Positions 1 to 12,275 of a stretch of 64,000 bases of DNA are shown piece by piece. Below the pieces are notes generated by a model. It made no database searches. It worked only from the letters and a program-made list of their open reading frames with translations, and had not been told where the DNA came from. Each line of letters begins with the position of its first letter. Positions within the stretch are counted from its first letter, which is position 1. The DNA lies in assembly GCF_006345805.1 (NCBI RefSeq), contig NC_043025.1, forward strand, positions 5,704,001 to 5,768,000, read 5' to 3'. This stretch comes from Octopus sinensis. Its lineage: Eukaryota. A program made the translations under genes and the position numbers.

Positions 1-3000
1 CACACATACACAGAGCGTGGTTGATGCTATGTCTACGGAACGAACACACATACACAGAGCGTGGTTGATGCTATGTAGACGGAACGAACACACGTACACA
101 GACAGATTGATGTTTATGCTATGCAGACAGAACGAACACACATACACAGAGCGTGGTTGATGCTATGCAGACGGAACGAACACACGTACACAGACAGATT
201 GATGTTTATGCTATGCAGACAGAACGAACACACATACACAGAGCGTGGTTGATGCTATGCAGACGGAACGAACACACGTACACAGACAGATTGATGTTTA
301 TGCTATGCAGACAGAACGAACACACATACACAGAGCGTGGTTGATGCTATGTCTACGGAACGAACACACATACACAGAGCGTGGTTGATGCTATGTCTAC
401 GGAACGAACACACGTACACAGAGCGTGGTTGATGCTATGCAGACGGAACGAACACACGTACACAGACAGATTGATGTTTATGCTATGCAGACGGAACGAT
501 CACACATACACAGAGCGTGGTTGATGCTATGTAGACGGAACGAACACACGTACACAGACAGATTGATGTTATTGCTATGCAGACGGAACGAACGAACACA
601 CATACACAGAGCGTGGTTGATGCTATGTCTACGGAACGAAAACACATACACAGAGCGTGGTTGATGCTATGTCGACGGAACGAACACACGTACACAGAGC
701 GTGGTTGATGCTATGCAGACGGAACGAACACACGTACACAGACAGATTGATGTTTATGCTATGCAGACGGAACGAACACACATACACAGAGCGTGGTTGA
801 TGCTATGTAGACGGAACGAACACACGTACACAGACAGATTGATGTTTATGCTATGCAGACAGAACGAACACACATACACAGAGCGTGGTTGATGCTATGC
901 AGACGGAACGAACACACGTACACAGACAGATTGATGTTTATGCTATGCAGACAGAACGAACACACATACACAGAGCGTGGTTGATGCTATGTCTACGGAA
1001 CGAACACACGTACACAGAGCGTGGTTGATGCTATGTCTACGGAACGAAACACACGTACACAGAGCGTGGTTGATGCTATGCAGACGGAACGAACACACGT
1101 ACACAGACAGATTGATGTTTATGCTATGCAGACGGAACGACGACACACACATACACAGAGCGTGGTTGACGCTATGTAGACGGAACGAACACACGTACAC
1201 AGACAGATTGATGTTATGCTATGCAGACGGAACGAACACACAAACAGAGCGTGGTTGATGCTATGTCTACGGACGACGAACACACATACACAGAGCGTGG
1301 TTGATGCTATGTCTACGGAACGAACACACGTACACAGAGCGTGGTTGATGCTATGCAGACGGAACGAACACACGTACACAGACAGATTGATGTTTATGCT
1401 ATGCAGACGGAACGAACACACATACACAGAGCGTGGTGATGCTATGTAGACGGAACGAACACACGTACACAGACAGATTGATGTTTATGCTATGCAGACG
1501 GAACGAACACACATACACAGAGCGTGGTTGATGCTATGTCTACGGAACGAACACACATACACAGAGCGTGGTTGATGCTATGTCTACGGAACGAACACAC
1601 GTACAGAGCGCGTGGTTGATGCTATGCAGACGGAACGAACACACGTACACAGACAGATTCATGTTTATGCTATGCAGACGGAACGAACACACATACACAG
1701 AGCGTGTTGATGATGCTATGTAGACGGAACGAACACACGTACACAGACAGATTGATGTTTATGCTATGCAGACGGAACGAACACACATACACAGAGCGTG
1801 GTTGATATGCTAGTCTACGCAACGAACACACGTACACAGACAGATTGATGTTTATGCTATGCAGACAGAACGAACACACATACACAGAGCGTGGTTGATG
1901 CTATGTCTACGGAACGAACACACGTACACAGACAGATTGATGTTTATGCTATGCAGACGGAACGAACACACATACACAGAGCGTGGTTGATGCTATGTCT
2001 ACGGAACGAACACACGTACACAGAGCGTGGTTGATGCTATGCAGACGGAACGAACACACGTACACAGACAGATTGATGTTTATGCTATGCAGACGGAACG
2101 AACACACATACACAGAGCGTGGTTGATGCTATGTCTACGGAACGAACACACGTACACAGAGCGTGGTTGATGCTATGTAGACGGAACGAACACACGTACA
2201 CAGACAGATTGATGTTTATGCTATGCAGACAGAACGAACACACATACACAGAGCGTGGTTGATGCTATGCAGACGGAACGAACACACGTACACAGACAGA
2301 TTGATGTTGATGCTATGCAGACGGAACGAACACACGTACACAGACAGATTGATGTTTATGCTATGCAGACGGAACGAACACACATACACAGAGCGTGGTT
2401 GATGCTATGTAGACGTAACGAACACACGTACACAGACAGATTGTTGTTGATGCTATGCAGACGGAACGAACACACGTACACAGACAGATTGATGTTTATG
2501 CTATGCAGACAGAACGAACACACATACACAGAGCGTGGTTGATGCTATGTAGACGTAACGAACACACGTACACAGACAGATTGATGTTTATGCTATGCAG
2601 ACGGAACGAAACACAACATACACAGAGCGTGTGTTGATGCTATGCAGACGGAACGAACACCGTACACAGATTGATGTGTTTATGCTATGCAGACGGAACG
2701 AACACACATACACAGAGCGTGGTGATGCTATGCAGACGGAACGAACACACGTACACAGACAGATGTGTGTTTATGCTATGCAGACGGAACGAACCACTAC
2801 ACACAGAGCGTGGTTGTTGCTATGTCTACGGAACGAAACACACGTACCAGACAGATTATGATGTTGATGCTATGCAGACGGAACGAACAACACATACACA
2901 GAGCGTGGTTGATGCTATGCAGACGGAACGAACACACGTACACAGACAGATTGATGTTTATGCTATGCAGACGGAACGAACACACATACACAGAGCGTGG

Positions 3001-6000
3001 TTGATGCTATGCAGACGGAACGAACAAACGTACACAGACAGATTGATGTTTATGCTATGCAGACGGAACGAAGACACACACACAGACGTGGTTGATGCTA
3101 TGCAGACGGAACGAACACACGTACACAGACAGATTGATGTTTATGCTATGCAGACGGAACGACACACACATACACAGAGCGTGGTTGATGCTATGCCAGA
3201 CGGAACGAACACACGTACACAGACAGATTGATGTTTATGCTATGCAGACGGAACGAAGACACATACACAGAGCGTGGTTGATGCTATGTAGACGGAACGA
3301 ACACACGTACACAGACAGATTGATGTTTATGCTATGCAGACGGAACGAACACACATACACAGAGCGTGTGTTGTGCTATGTCTACGCAACGAACACACGT
3401 ACACAGACAGATTGATGTTTATGCTATGCAGACGGAACGAACACACATACACAGAGCGTGGTTGATGCTATGTAGACGGAACGAACACACGTACACAGAC
3501 AGATTGATGTTTATGCTATGCAGACGGAACGAACACACATACACAGAGCGTGGTTGATGCTATGTAGACGGAACGAACACACGTACACAGACAGATTGAT
3601 GTTGATGCTATGCAGACGGAACGAACACACATACACAGAGCGTGGTTGATGCTATGTAGACGTAACGAACACACGTACACAGACAGATTGATGTTTATGC
3701 TATGCAGACGGAACGAACACACATACACAGAGCGTGGTTGATGCTATGCAGACGGAACGAAACACACGTACACAGACAGATTGATGTTATGCTATGCAGA
3801 CGGAACGAACACACATACACAGAGCGTGGTTGATGCTATGCAGACGGAACGAACACACGTACACAGACAGATTGATGTTTATGCTATGCAGACGGACGAA
3901 GACACATACACAGAGCGTGGTTGTTGCTATGTCTACGGAACGAACACACGTACACAGACAGATTGATGTTGATGCTATGCAGACGGAACGAACACACATA
4001 CACAGAGCGTGGTTGATGCTATGCAGACGGAACGAACACACGTACACAGACAGATTGATGTTTATGCTATGCAGACGGAACGAAGACACATACACAGAGC
4101 GTGGTTGATGCTATGTCTATGGAACGGAACGAACACTCGTACACAGACAGATTGATGTTTATGCTATGCAGACGGAACGAAGACACATACACAGAGCGTG
4201 GTTGATGCTATGTCTACGCAACGAACACACGTACACAGACAGATTGATGTTTATGCTATGCAGACGGAACGAAGACACATACACAGAGCGTGGTTGTTGC
4301 TATGTCTACGGAACGAACACACGTACACAGACAGATTGATGTTGATGCTATGCAGACGGAACGAACACACATACACAGAGCGTGGTTGATGCTATGTCTA
4401 CGCAACGAACACACGTACACAGACAGATTGATGTTTATGCTATGCAGACGGAACGAACACACATACACAGAGCGTGGTTGTTGCTATGTCTACGGAACGA
4501 ACACACGTACACAGACAGATTGATGTTGATGCTATGCAGACGGAACGAACACACATACACAGAGCGTGGTTGATGCTATGCAGACGGAACGAACACACGT
4601 ACACAGACAGATTGATGTTTATGCTATGCAGACGGAACGAACACACATACACAGAGCGTGGTTGATGCTATGTCTACGGAACGAACACACGTACACAGAC
4701 AGATTGATGTTTATGCTATGCAGACGGAACGAACACACGAACACAGACAGATTGATGTTTATGCTATGCAGACAGAACGAACACACATACACAGAGCGTG
4801 GTTGATGCTATGTAGATGGAACGAACACACGTACACAGACAGATTGATATTTATGCTATGCAGACGGAACGAAGACACATACACAGAGCGTGGTTGATGC
4901 TATGTCTACGGAACGAACACACGTACACAGACAGATTGATGTTTATGCTATGCAGACGGAACGAACACACATACACAGAGCGTGGTGATGCTATGTAGAT
5001 GGAACGAACACACGTACACAGACAGATTGATGTTTATGCTATGCAGACGGAACGAACACACATACACAGAGCGTGGTTGATGCTATGTAGATGGAACGAA
5101 CACTCGTACACAGACAGATTGATGTTTATGCTATGCAGACGGAACGAACACACATACACACAGCGTGGTTGATGCTATGTCTACGGAACGAACACTCGTA
5201 CACAGACAGATTGATGTTGATGCTATGCAGACGGAACGAACACACATACACAGAGCGTGGTTGATGCTATGTCTACGGAACGAACACACGTACACAGACA
5301 GATTGATGTTGATGCTATGCAGACGGAACGAACACACATACACAGAGCGTGGTTGATGCTATGTAGACGGAACGAACACTCGTACACAGACAGATTGATG
5401 TTGATGCTATGCAGACGGAACGAACACACATACACAGAGCGTGGTTGATGCTATGTCTACGGAACGAACACTCGTACACAGACAGATTGATGTTTATGCT
5501 ATGCAGACGGAACGAACACACATACACACAGCGTGGTTGATGCTATGTCTACGGAACGAACACTCGTACACAGACAGATTGATGTTTATGCTATGCAGAC
5601 GGAACGAAACACACACACAGAGCGTGGTTGATGCTATGCAGACGGAACGAACACACGTACACAGACAGATTGATGTTTATGCTATGCAGACGGAACGAAC
5701 ACACATACACAGAGCGTGGTTGATGCTATGTAGACGGAACGAACACACGTACACAGACAGATTGATGTTTATGCTATGCAGACAGAACGAACACACATAC
5801 ACAGAGCGTGGTTGATGCTATGCAGACGGAACGAACACACGTACACAGACAGATTGATGTTTATGCTATGCAGACGGAACGAACACACATACACAGAGCG
5901 TGGTTGATGCTATGTAGACGGAACGAACACACGTACACAGACAGATTGATGTTTATGCTATGCAGACGGAACGAACACACATACACAAAGCGTGGTTGAT

Positions 6001-8990
6001 GCTATGTAGACGGAACGAACACACGTACACAGACAGATTGAAGTTTATGCTATGCAGACGGAACGAACACACATACACAGAGCGTGGTTGATGCTATGTA
6101 GACGGAACGAACACACGTACACAGACAGATTGATGTTTATGCTATGCAGACGGAACGAACACACGTACACAGACAGATTGATGTTTATGCTATGCAGACG
6201 GAACGAACACACATACACAGAGCGTGGTTGATGCTATGTAGACGGAACGAACACACGTACACAGACAGATTGATGTTTATGCTATGTAGACGTAACGAAC
6301 ACACGGACACAGAGCGTGGTTGATGCTATGTAGACGGAACGAACACACGTACACAGACAGATTGATGTTTATGCTATGCAGACGGAACGAACACACATAC
6401 ACAGAGCGTGGTTGATGCTATGTAGACGGAACGAACACACGTACACAGACAGATTGATGTTGATGCTATGCAGACAGAACGAACACACATACACAGACAG
6501 ATTGATGTTTATGCTATGCAGACGGAACGAACACACATACACAGAGCGTGGTTGATGCTATGTCTACGGAACGAACACACGTACACAGACAGATTGATGT
6601 TTATGCTATGAGACGTAACGAACACACGGACACAGAGCGTGGTTGATGCTATGTAGACGGAACGAACACACGTACACAGACAGATTGATTTTATGCTATG
6701 CAGACGGAACGAACACACATACACAGAGCGTGTGTTGATGCTATGTCTACGGATACGAACGAACACACGTACACAGACAGATTGATGTTTATGCTATGCA
6801 GACGGAACGAACACCACATACACAGAGCGTGGTTGATGCTATGCAGACGGAACGAACACACGTACACAGACAGATTGATGTTTATGCTATGCAGACGGAA
6901 CGAACACACATACACAGAGCGTGGTTGATGCTATGTCTACAGAACGAACACACGTACACAGACAGATTGATGTTTATGCTATGCAGACAGAACGAACACA
7001 CATACACAGAGCGTTGATGGTTGATGCTATGTAGACGGAACGAACACACGTACACAGACAGATTGATGTTTATGCTATGCAGACGGAACGAACACACATA
7101 CACAGAGCGTGGTTGATGCTATGTAGACGGAACGAACACACGTACACAGACAGACAGATTGATGTTGATGCTATGCAGACAGAACGAACACACATACACA
7201 GAGCGTGGTTGATGCTATGCAGACGGAACGAACACACGTACACAGACAGATTGATGTTTATGCTATGCAGACGGAGAAACGACAACACACATACACAGAG
7301 CGTGGTTGATGCTATGCAGACGGAACGAACACACGTACACAGACAGATTGATGTTTATGCTATGCAGACAGAACGAACACACATACACAGACAGATTGTT
7401 GTTTATGCTATGCAGACAGAACGAACACACGTACACAGACAGATTGTTGTTTATGCTATGCAGACAGAACGAACACACATACACAGACAGATTGTTGTTT
7501 ATGCTATGCAGACAGAACGAACACACATACACAGATTGTTGTTGATGCTATGCAGACGGACGAACACACGAACACACACGTACAGACAGATTGATGTTTA
7601 TTGTTTATGCATGCAGACAGAACGAACACACATACACAGACGTGGTGTGATGATGCTATGCAGACGGAACGAACACACGTACACAGACAGATTGATGTTT
7701 ATGCTATGCAGACAGAACGAACACACATACACAGAGCGTGGTTGATGCTATGCAGACGGAACGAACACACGTACACAGACAGATTGATTTTGTTTTATGT
7801 ATGCTAGACAGAACGAACACACATACACAGAGCGTGGTTGATGCTATGCAGACGGAACGAACACACGTACACAGACAGATTGATGTTTATGCTATGCAGA
7901 CAGAACGAACACACATACACAGAGCGTGGTTGATATCTATGCAGACGGAACGAACACACGTACACAGACAGATTGATTGTTTATGCTATGCAGACGGAAC
8001 GAACACACACATACACAAGCGTGGTTGATGCTATGTCTACGGAACGAACACACGTACACAGACAGATTGATGTTTATGCTATGCAGACAGAACGAACACA
8101 CATACACAGAGCGTGGTGTTGATGCTATGTCAACGGAACGAACACACGTACACAGACAGATTGATGTTTATGCTATGCAGACAGAGAACGAACACACATA
8201 CACAGAGCGTGGTTGATGCTATGTCTACGGAACGAACACACGTACACAGACAGATTGATGTTTATGCTATGCAGACGGAACGAACACCACATACACAGAG
8301 CGTGGTTGATGCTATGTCAACGGAACGAACACACGTACACAGACAGATTGATGTTTATGCTATGCAGACGAACGAACACACACATACACAGAGCGTGGTT
8401 GATGCTATGTAGACGGAACGAACACACGTACACAGACAGATTGATGTTTATGCTATGCAGACGGAACGAACACACATACACAGAGCGTGGTTGATGCTAT
8501 GTCAACGGAACGAACACACGTACACAGACAGATTGATGTTTATGCTATGCAGACAGAACGAACACACATACACAGAGCGTGGTTGATGCTATGTCAACGG
8601 AACGAACACACGTACACAGACAGATTGATGTTTATGCTATGCAGACAGAACGAACACACATACACAGAGCGTGGTTGATGCTATGTAGACGGAACGAACA
8701 CACGTACACAGACAGATTGATGTTTATGCTATGCAGACAGAACGAACACACGTACAGAGACAGATTGAAGTTTATGCTATGCAGACAGAACGAACACACA
8801 TACACAGAGCGTGGTTGATGCTATGTCTACGGAACGAACACACGTACACAGAGCGTGGTTGATGCTATGTAGACGTAACGAACACACGGACACAGAAAGA
8901 GAGAGGTTGATGCAATGTTGACGGAACGGACACACGAACACAGAAAGAGAGAGGTTAATGCAATGATGACGAAACAAACACACGAACACA
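1..8990. repeat. Satellite array of alternating 44-bp and 48-bp monomers (92-bp dimer); runs off the window start
   Basis: A=cacacatacacagagcgtggttgatgctatg(tct/tag/cag)acggaacgaa (44 bp); B=cacacgtacacagacagattgatgtttatgctatgcagacggaacgaa (48 bp). ORF starts recur every 92 bp (4198, 4290, 4382, 4474, 4566, 4658). Units degenerate at ~8880-8990. Confidence 0.97.
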
Positions 8991-9002
8991 TATCAATATA
9001 TA

Positions 9003-9043
<41 letters not shown>

Positions 9044-9420
9044 TATATATACATATATATCTCTTTTACTCTGTTACTTGTTTCAGTCATTTGGTGTGGC
9101 CATGCTGGTGCACCGCCTTTCGTCGAGCAAATCGACACCAGGACTTATTCTTTGTAGGCTTAGTACTTATTCTATCAGTCTCTTTTGCCGAACCGCTAAG
9201 TTACGGCAACGTTAACACTCCAGCATCGGTTGTCAAGTGATGTTGGCGGGGACAAACTCCTATCTTCATCTTTATTCCAGTTGTTGGGCCGTGTTTATGC
9301 TGGAGCAAAACCTCGAACAAATTTAGTCGATTTATTTGACTGAAAACCAGCGGGAAACCGTTCACCGACGTGCAACCGAGAGAATACCCTCCATAGGCAT
9401 TTGCCATATTCTGGACGCCT

Positions 9421-9960
9421 TACCGTAAATCCTCGAGTATATTCCGCCCTAGAGTATAATACGCAGGGGAATTTTAGAGGGCTGTACCTTTGAAAAACCT
9501 AAACTTTGTTTATAATACGCACCCCTTCTCTAGCTTCAGTCTAGAATGTCTATGTAAAGTCTTTGGTTTGTAAAAATGTATACAGAAACGTCCTTTATTA
9601 TTATTGTATATATAATATAATGCAAACGCGTAGCTTTTTTGTGCATTTTGTTTGCAGAAAATAAAGAAATAACAGTAATAACATCAGTGAAAAATAAACA
9701 TTAAGTAAATTGCCTTTACATATTTATCACTATCAGTTACAAAAGCAAAGCCATTTCTTCAAATCCTTCAAATTCAACGTCTCTTTCAGCATCAAATAAC
9801 TGTTCCATTTGTTCCCCATAAACATGTCAGCATCATTGTAGTGTAAATCTCCGTCATCGTCTGATTCATAGTCAAAATCAGACGATTCCCTTTCATTTAT
9901 TCATCTTTCCATACAACGTCATCCAGTGCAGACGACATACAACATTTGATAAAACTTTCC
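9421..9960 (-). mobile_element. pogo/Tigger-like DNA transposon 3' end (second copy 12435-12975)
   Basis: TA plus terminus ccgtaaatcctcgagtata. The minus strand reads ESFIKCCMSSALDDVVW...LFDAERDVEFEGFEE, like the acidic C-terminus of pogo/POGK-type transposases. Confidence 0.7.
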
Positions 9961-10410
9961 TAACACCAACCACTCAGCAGAATGGACCGAGTGGTTTTTA
10001 TGTGGCACCAGCACCGGCAGGGTCACCAAATAACTTGGAAGACAAGGAATTCTGAGAAGGGGAGAGGACATTGGAGGAAGGGATCTTGTGTCGGATGATG
10101 AAAGGTTAGAGTGAGATAGAAAGTTAGAAACAGGTGTCTTGCTGTGGGGGAGGTACAAGGTTATTCAGCCAGAGAGAGTGAAGGTGAGAGGGAAGGAAGG
10201 AGGAAGGGGAGTAAGAGGGGGAGAGGTCAGGAGAGAAGGAGAAAGGTGGAAGTAAGAGGGAGAGAGTGTAGGAAAGTGAATGAGAGAGATGGAGTGAGAG
10301 GGCAGAGAGAGGAAAAAGGATGGAGAGAGAGGAGAGACAGAGAGGGAGAGAGGGAAGAGAGAGGAGGGGAGGAAGAGGAAGAGAGAGAGAGAGAGAGGAG
10401 GGGAGGAAGA

Positions 10411-10449
<39 letters not shown>

Positions 10450-11170
10450 GGAGAGAGGGTAGGAAAGTGAATGACAGGGATGGAGTGAGAGGGCAGAGGC
10501 AGAGAGAGGAAGAGGGAGGGAAAGAGGAGGAGAGACATAGTGGGAGAGAGGGTGAGAGAGAAGAGAGATGGAGAGGGGAGATGGAGAGAGAGTGAAGGAG
10601 AAAAGAGCGGAGAGTGAGAGAGGGAGAAAGACAGAGGGTGAGAGAGGAGTGACGGAGAGAGAGTGAGGGAGAAAAAAGCGGAGAGGGGAGAGGGCGAGAG
10701 ACAGAGGGAGAGGGGGAAAGACAGAGGGAGAGAGAGAGAAGGAAAGATGGAGAGGGGAGAGAGAGAGAACGATCAGGAATGAGGACGGAAAGAGGGGGGT
10801 AGCTGTAGAGGAGATGCATGGTTAGCGAACCAGAGGGAGGAGCAAGAGAAAGAAGGAGAGAGGGAGAGAGAGAGAGAGAGGAGGGGAGGAAGAGGAAGAG
10901 AGAGCAGGAGAGCGATGGTGGTGAAGTATCGGGAGTGGGGGGCTGAACATAGAAAGGGTGATAGAGTAAAGGAAGAGAGAGAGAGAGATAAAAGGCAGCA
11001 AGTGGCAGGGGAATAGCGTCGAGGTAGAGGGAGGCTACGATATAAGTGGCAGGACATTGCCGAGGGAACGCGAGTAGGTAGTGGGAGGCAGAGACTAGGG
11101 AGTACATTGGTATATAGAGGGAGGGAGGAGGTATAGGAATGATAGAGAGAACAGAGCAGGGAGGACAGCA
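9956..11170 (-). mobile_element. Long CT/GA-rich element carrying the RTE-type SINE tail module (second copy 12971-14042; inverted partial copy 14238-14645)
   Basis: ~1 kb purine-rich tract joined to ctttcctaacaccaaccac...gtggcaccagcaccggc. The inverted copy ends in ccgtccaacccatgccagcatgg...atgatgatg. Confidence 0.55.
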
Positions 11171-11379
11171 TTCGTCGACTTCATCTCATAATGGACTTTC
11201 TAACTGGACTGGTCAAAGGGAGAATACTCGTGATTGCCGACCCACAAGGTTTATTATTTGCTTACTAATTACCTGCCCCTAATGGATTTCTACCGCCAAC
11301 TTCAAGAAGTATATGCCCCCCCCCCTCGTCATTAAGGGTGCTGAGTCGATCATAGGGTTAAGTGTCTTATATATGCGAA

Positions 11380-11804
11380 GGGATCTTTTCGGATTGAAAG
11401 GCAGTTTTTTCTAGCGGGGTCATACGAAATTGTCACCCATAATTATGACCCTAGAATCGATCTATTGCATTTCAATCTGTTTTAGGGTTAGGGTTAGTTA
11501 GGGGTTGGGGGAAGGGTATCTTTTTTTAAATTCAGAAATGTAAATAAACCCAATATGTTTCTTAAACGAGGGACATATTCATACGACACAGAATGTTTTT
11601 TAACTCAATAGACGTCATTGATTGGTTGTAATTGTAGAAATTGAAGAAAAAAACAACAAATATCTTACAAACTATAGAATTTTCTCAATAAATCCAAGAG
11701 AAAAAGATGTTTTATAAACACATTCTACCAGTATACGAAGTTTAAAAGTTTTCAGTTACCTAGAAATTATTTTTAAAAACTGCCGGTCAAACCGAAAAGA
11801 TCCC
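11380..11804. mobile_element. MITE with ~28-bp TIRs (partial copy 27793-28000)
   Basis: gggatcttttcggattgaaaggcagtttt ... aaaactgccggtcaaaccgaaaagatccc; internal ttagggttagggttag. Confidence 0.8.
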
Positions 11805-11865
11805 ACTCTATCACTGGACATATATACTTAACTGCATATTATATACATATATATATATATACATA

Positions 11866-12275
11866 TATACTCTTTTACTCTGTTACTTGTTTCAGTCATT
11901 TGACTGCGGCCGTGCTGGAGCACCGCCTTTAGTCGAGCAAATCGACCCCAGGACTTATTCTTTGTAAGCGTAGTACTTATTCTATTGGTTTTTTTGCCGA
12001 ACCGCTAAGTTACGGGGACGTAAACATACCAGCATCGGTTGTCAAGCGATGTTGGGGGACAAACACAGACACACAAACACACACACACACATACACATAC
12101 ATATATATACATATATACGACGGGCTTCTTTCATTTTCCGTCTACCAAATCCACTCACAAGGCTTTGGTCGGCCCGGGGCTATAGCAGAAGACACTTGCC
12201 CAAGGTGCCACGTAGTGAGACTGAACCCTGAACCATGTTGTCGGTAAGCAAGCTACTTACCACACGGCCACTCTT
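11866..12275 (-). mobile_element. tRNA-derived SINE family 1, representative of ~25 full or partial copies (e.g. 31930-32245 -, 37420-37828 -, 39560-39960 +, 40472-40878 +, 44022-44440 -, 47105-47515 -, 49041-49430 -, 49528-49872 +, 57310-57665 +, 61135-61500 +)
   Basis: Head ggcgcaggagtggctgtgtggtaag (A box) and ggttcagtccc (B box); ccttgggcaagtgtctt core; central (TA/TG)n; tail ggcggtgctccagcatggccgcagtcaaatgactgaaacaagtaaaagag. Confidence 0.92.

Noticed and set aside
1-8990. CRISPR-like array, or repeat-protein ORFs (MQTERTH...)
   Set aside because: There are no unique spacers and no cas genes. The 92-bp period is not a multiple of 3, and the ORFs occur in all frames with frequent stops.
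11480-11505. Telomeric TTAGGG repeats
   Set aside because: Only 2-3 units, internal to a MITE and repeated in its second copy near 27895.
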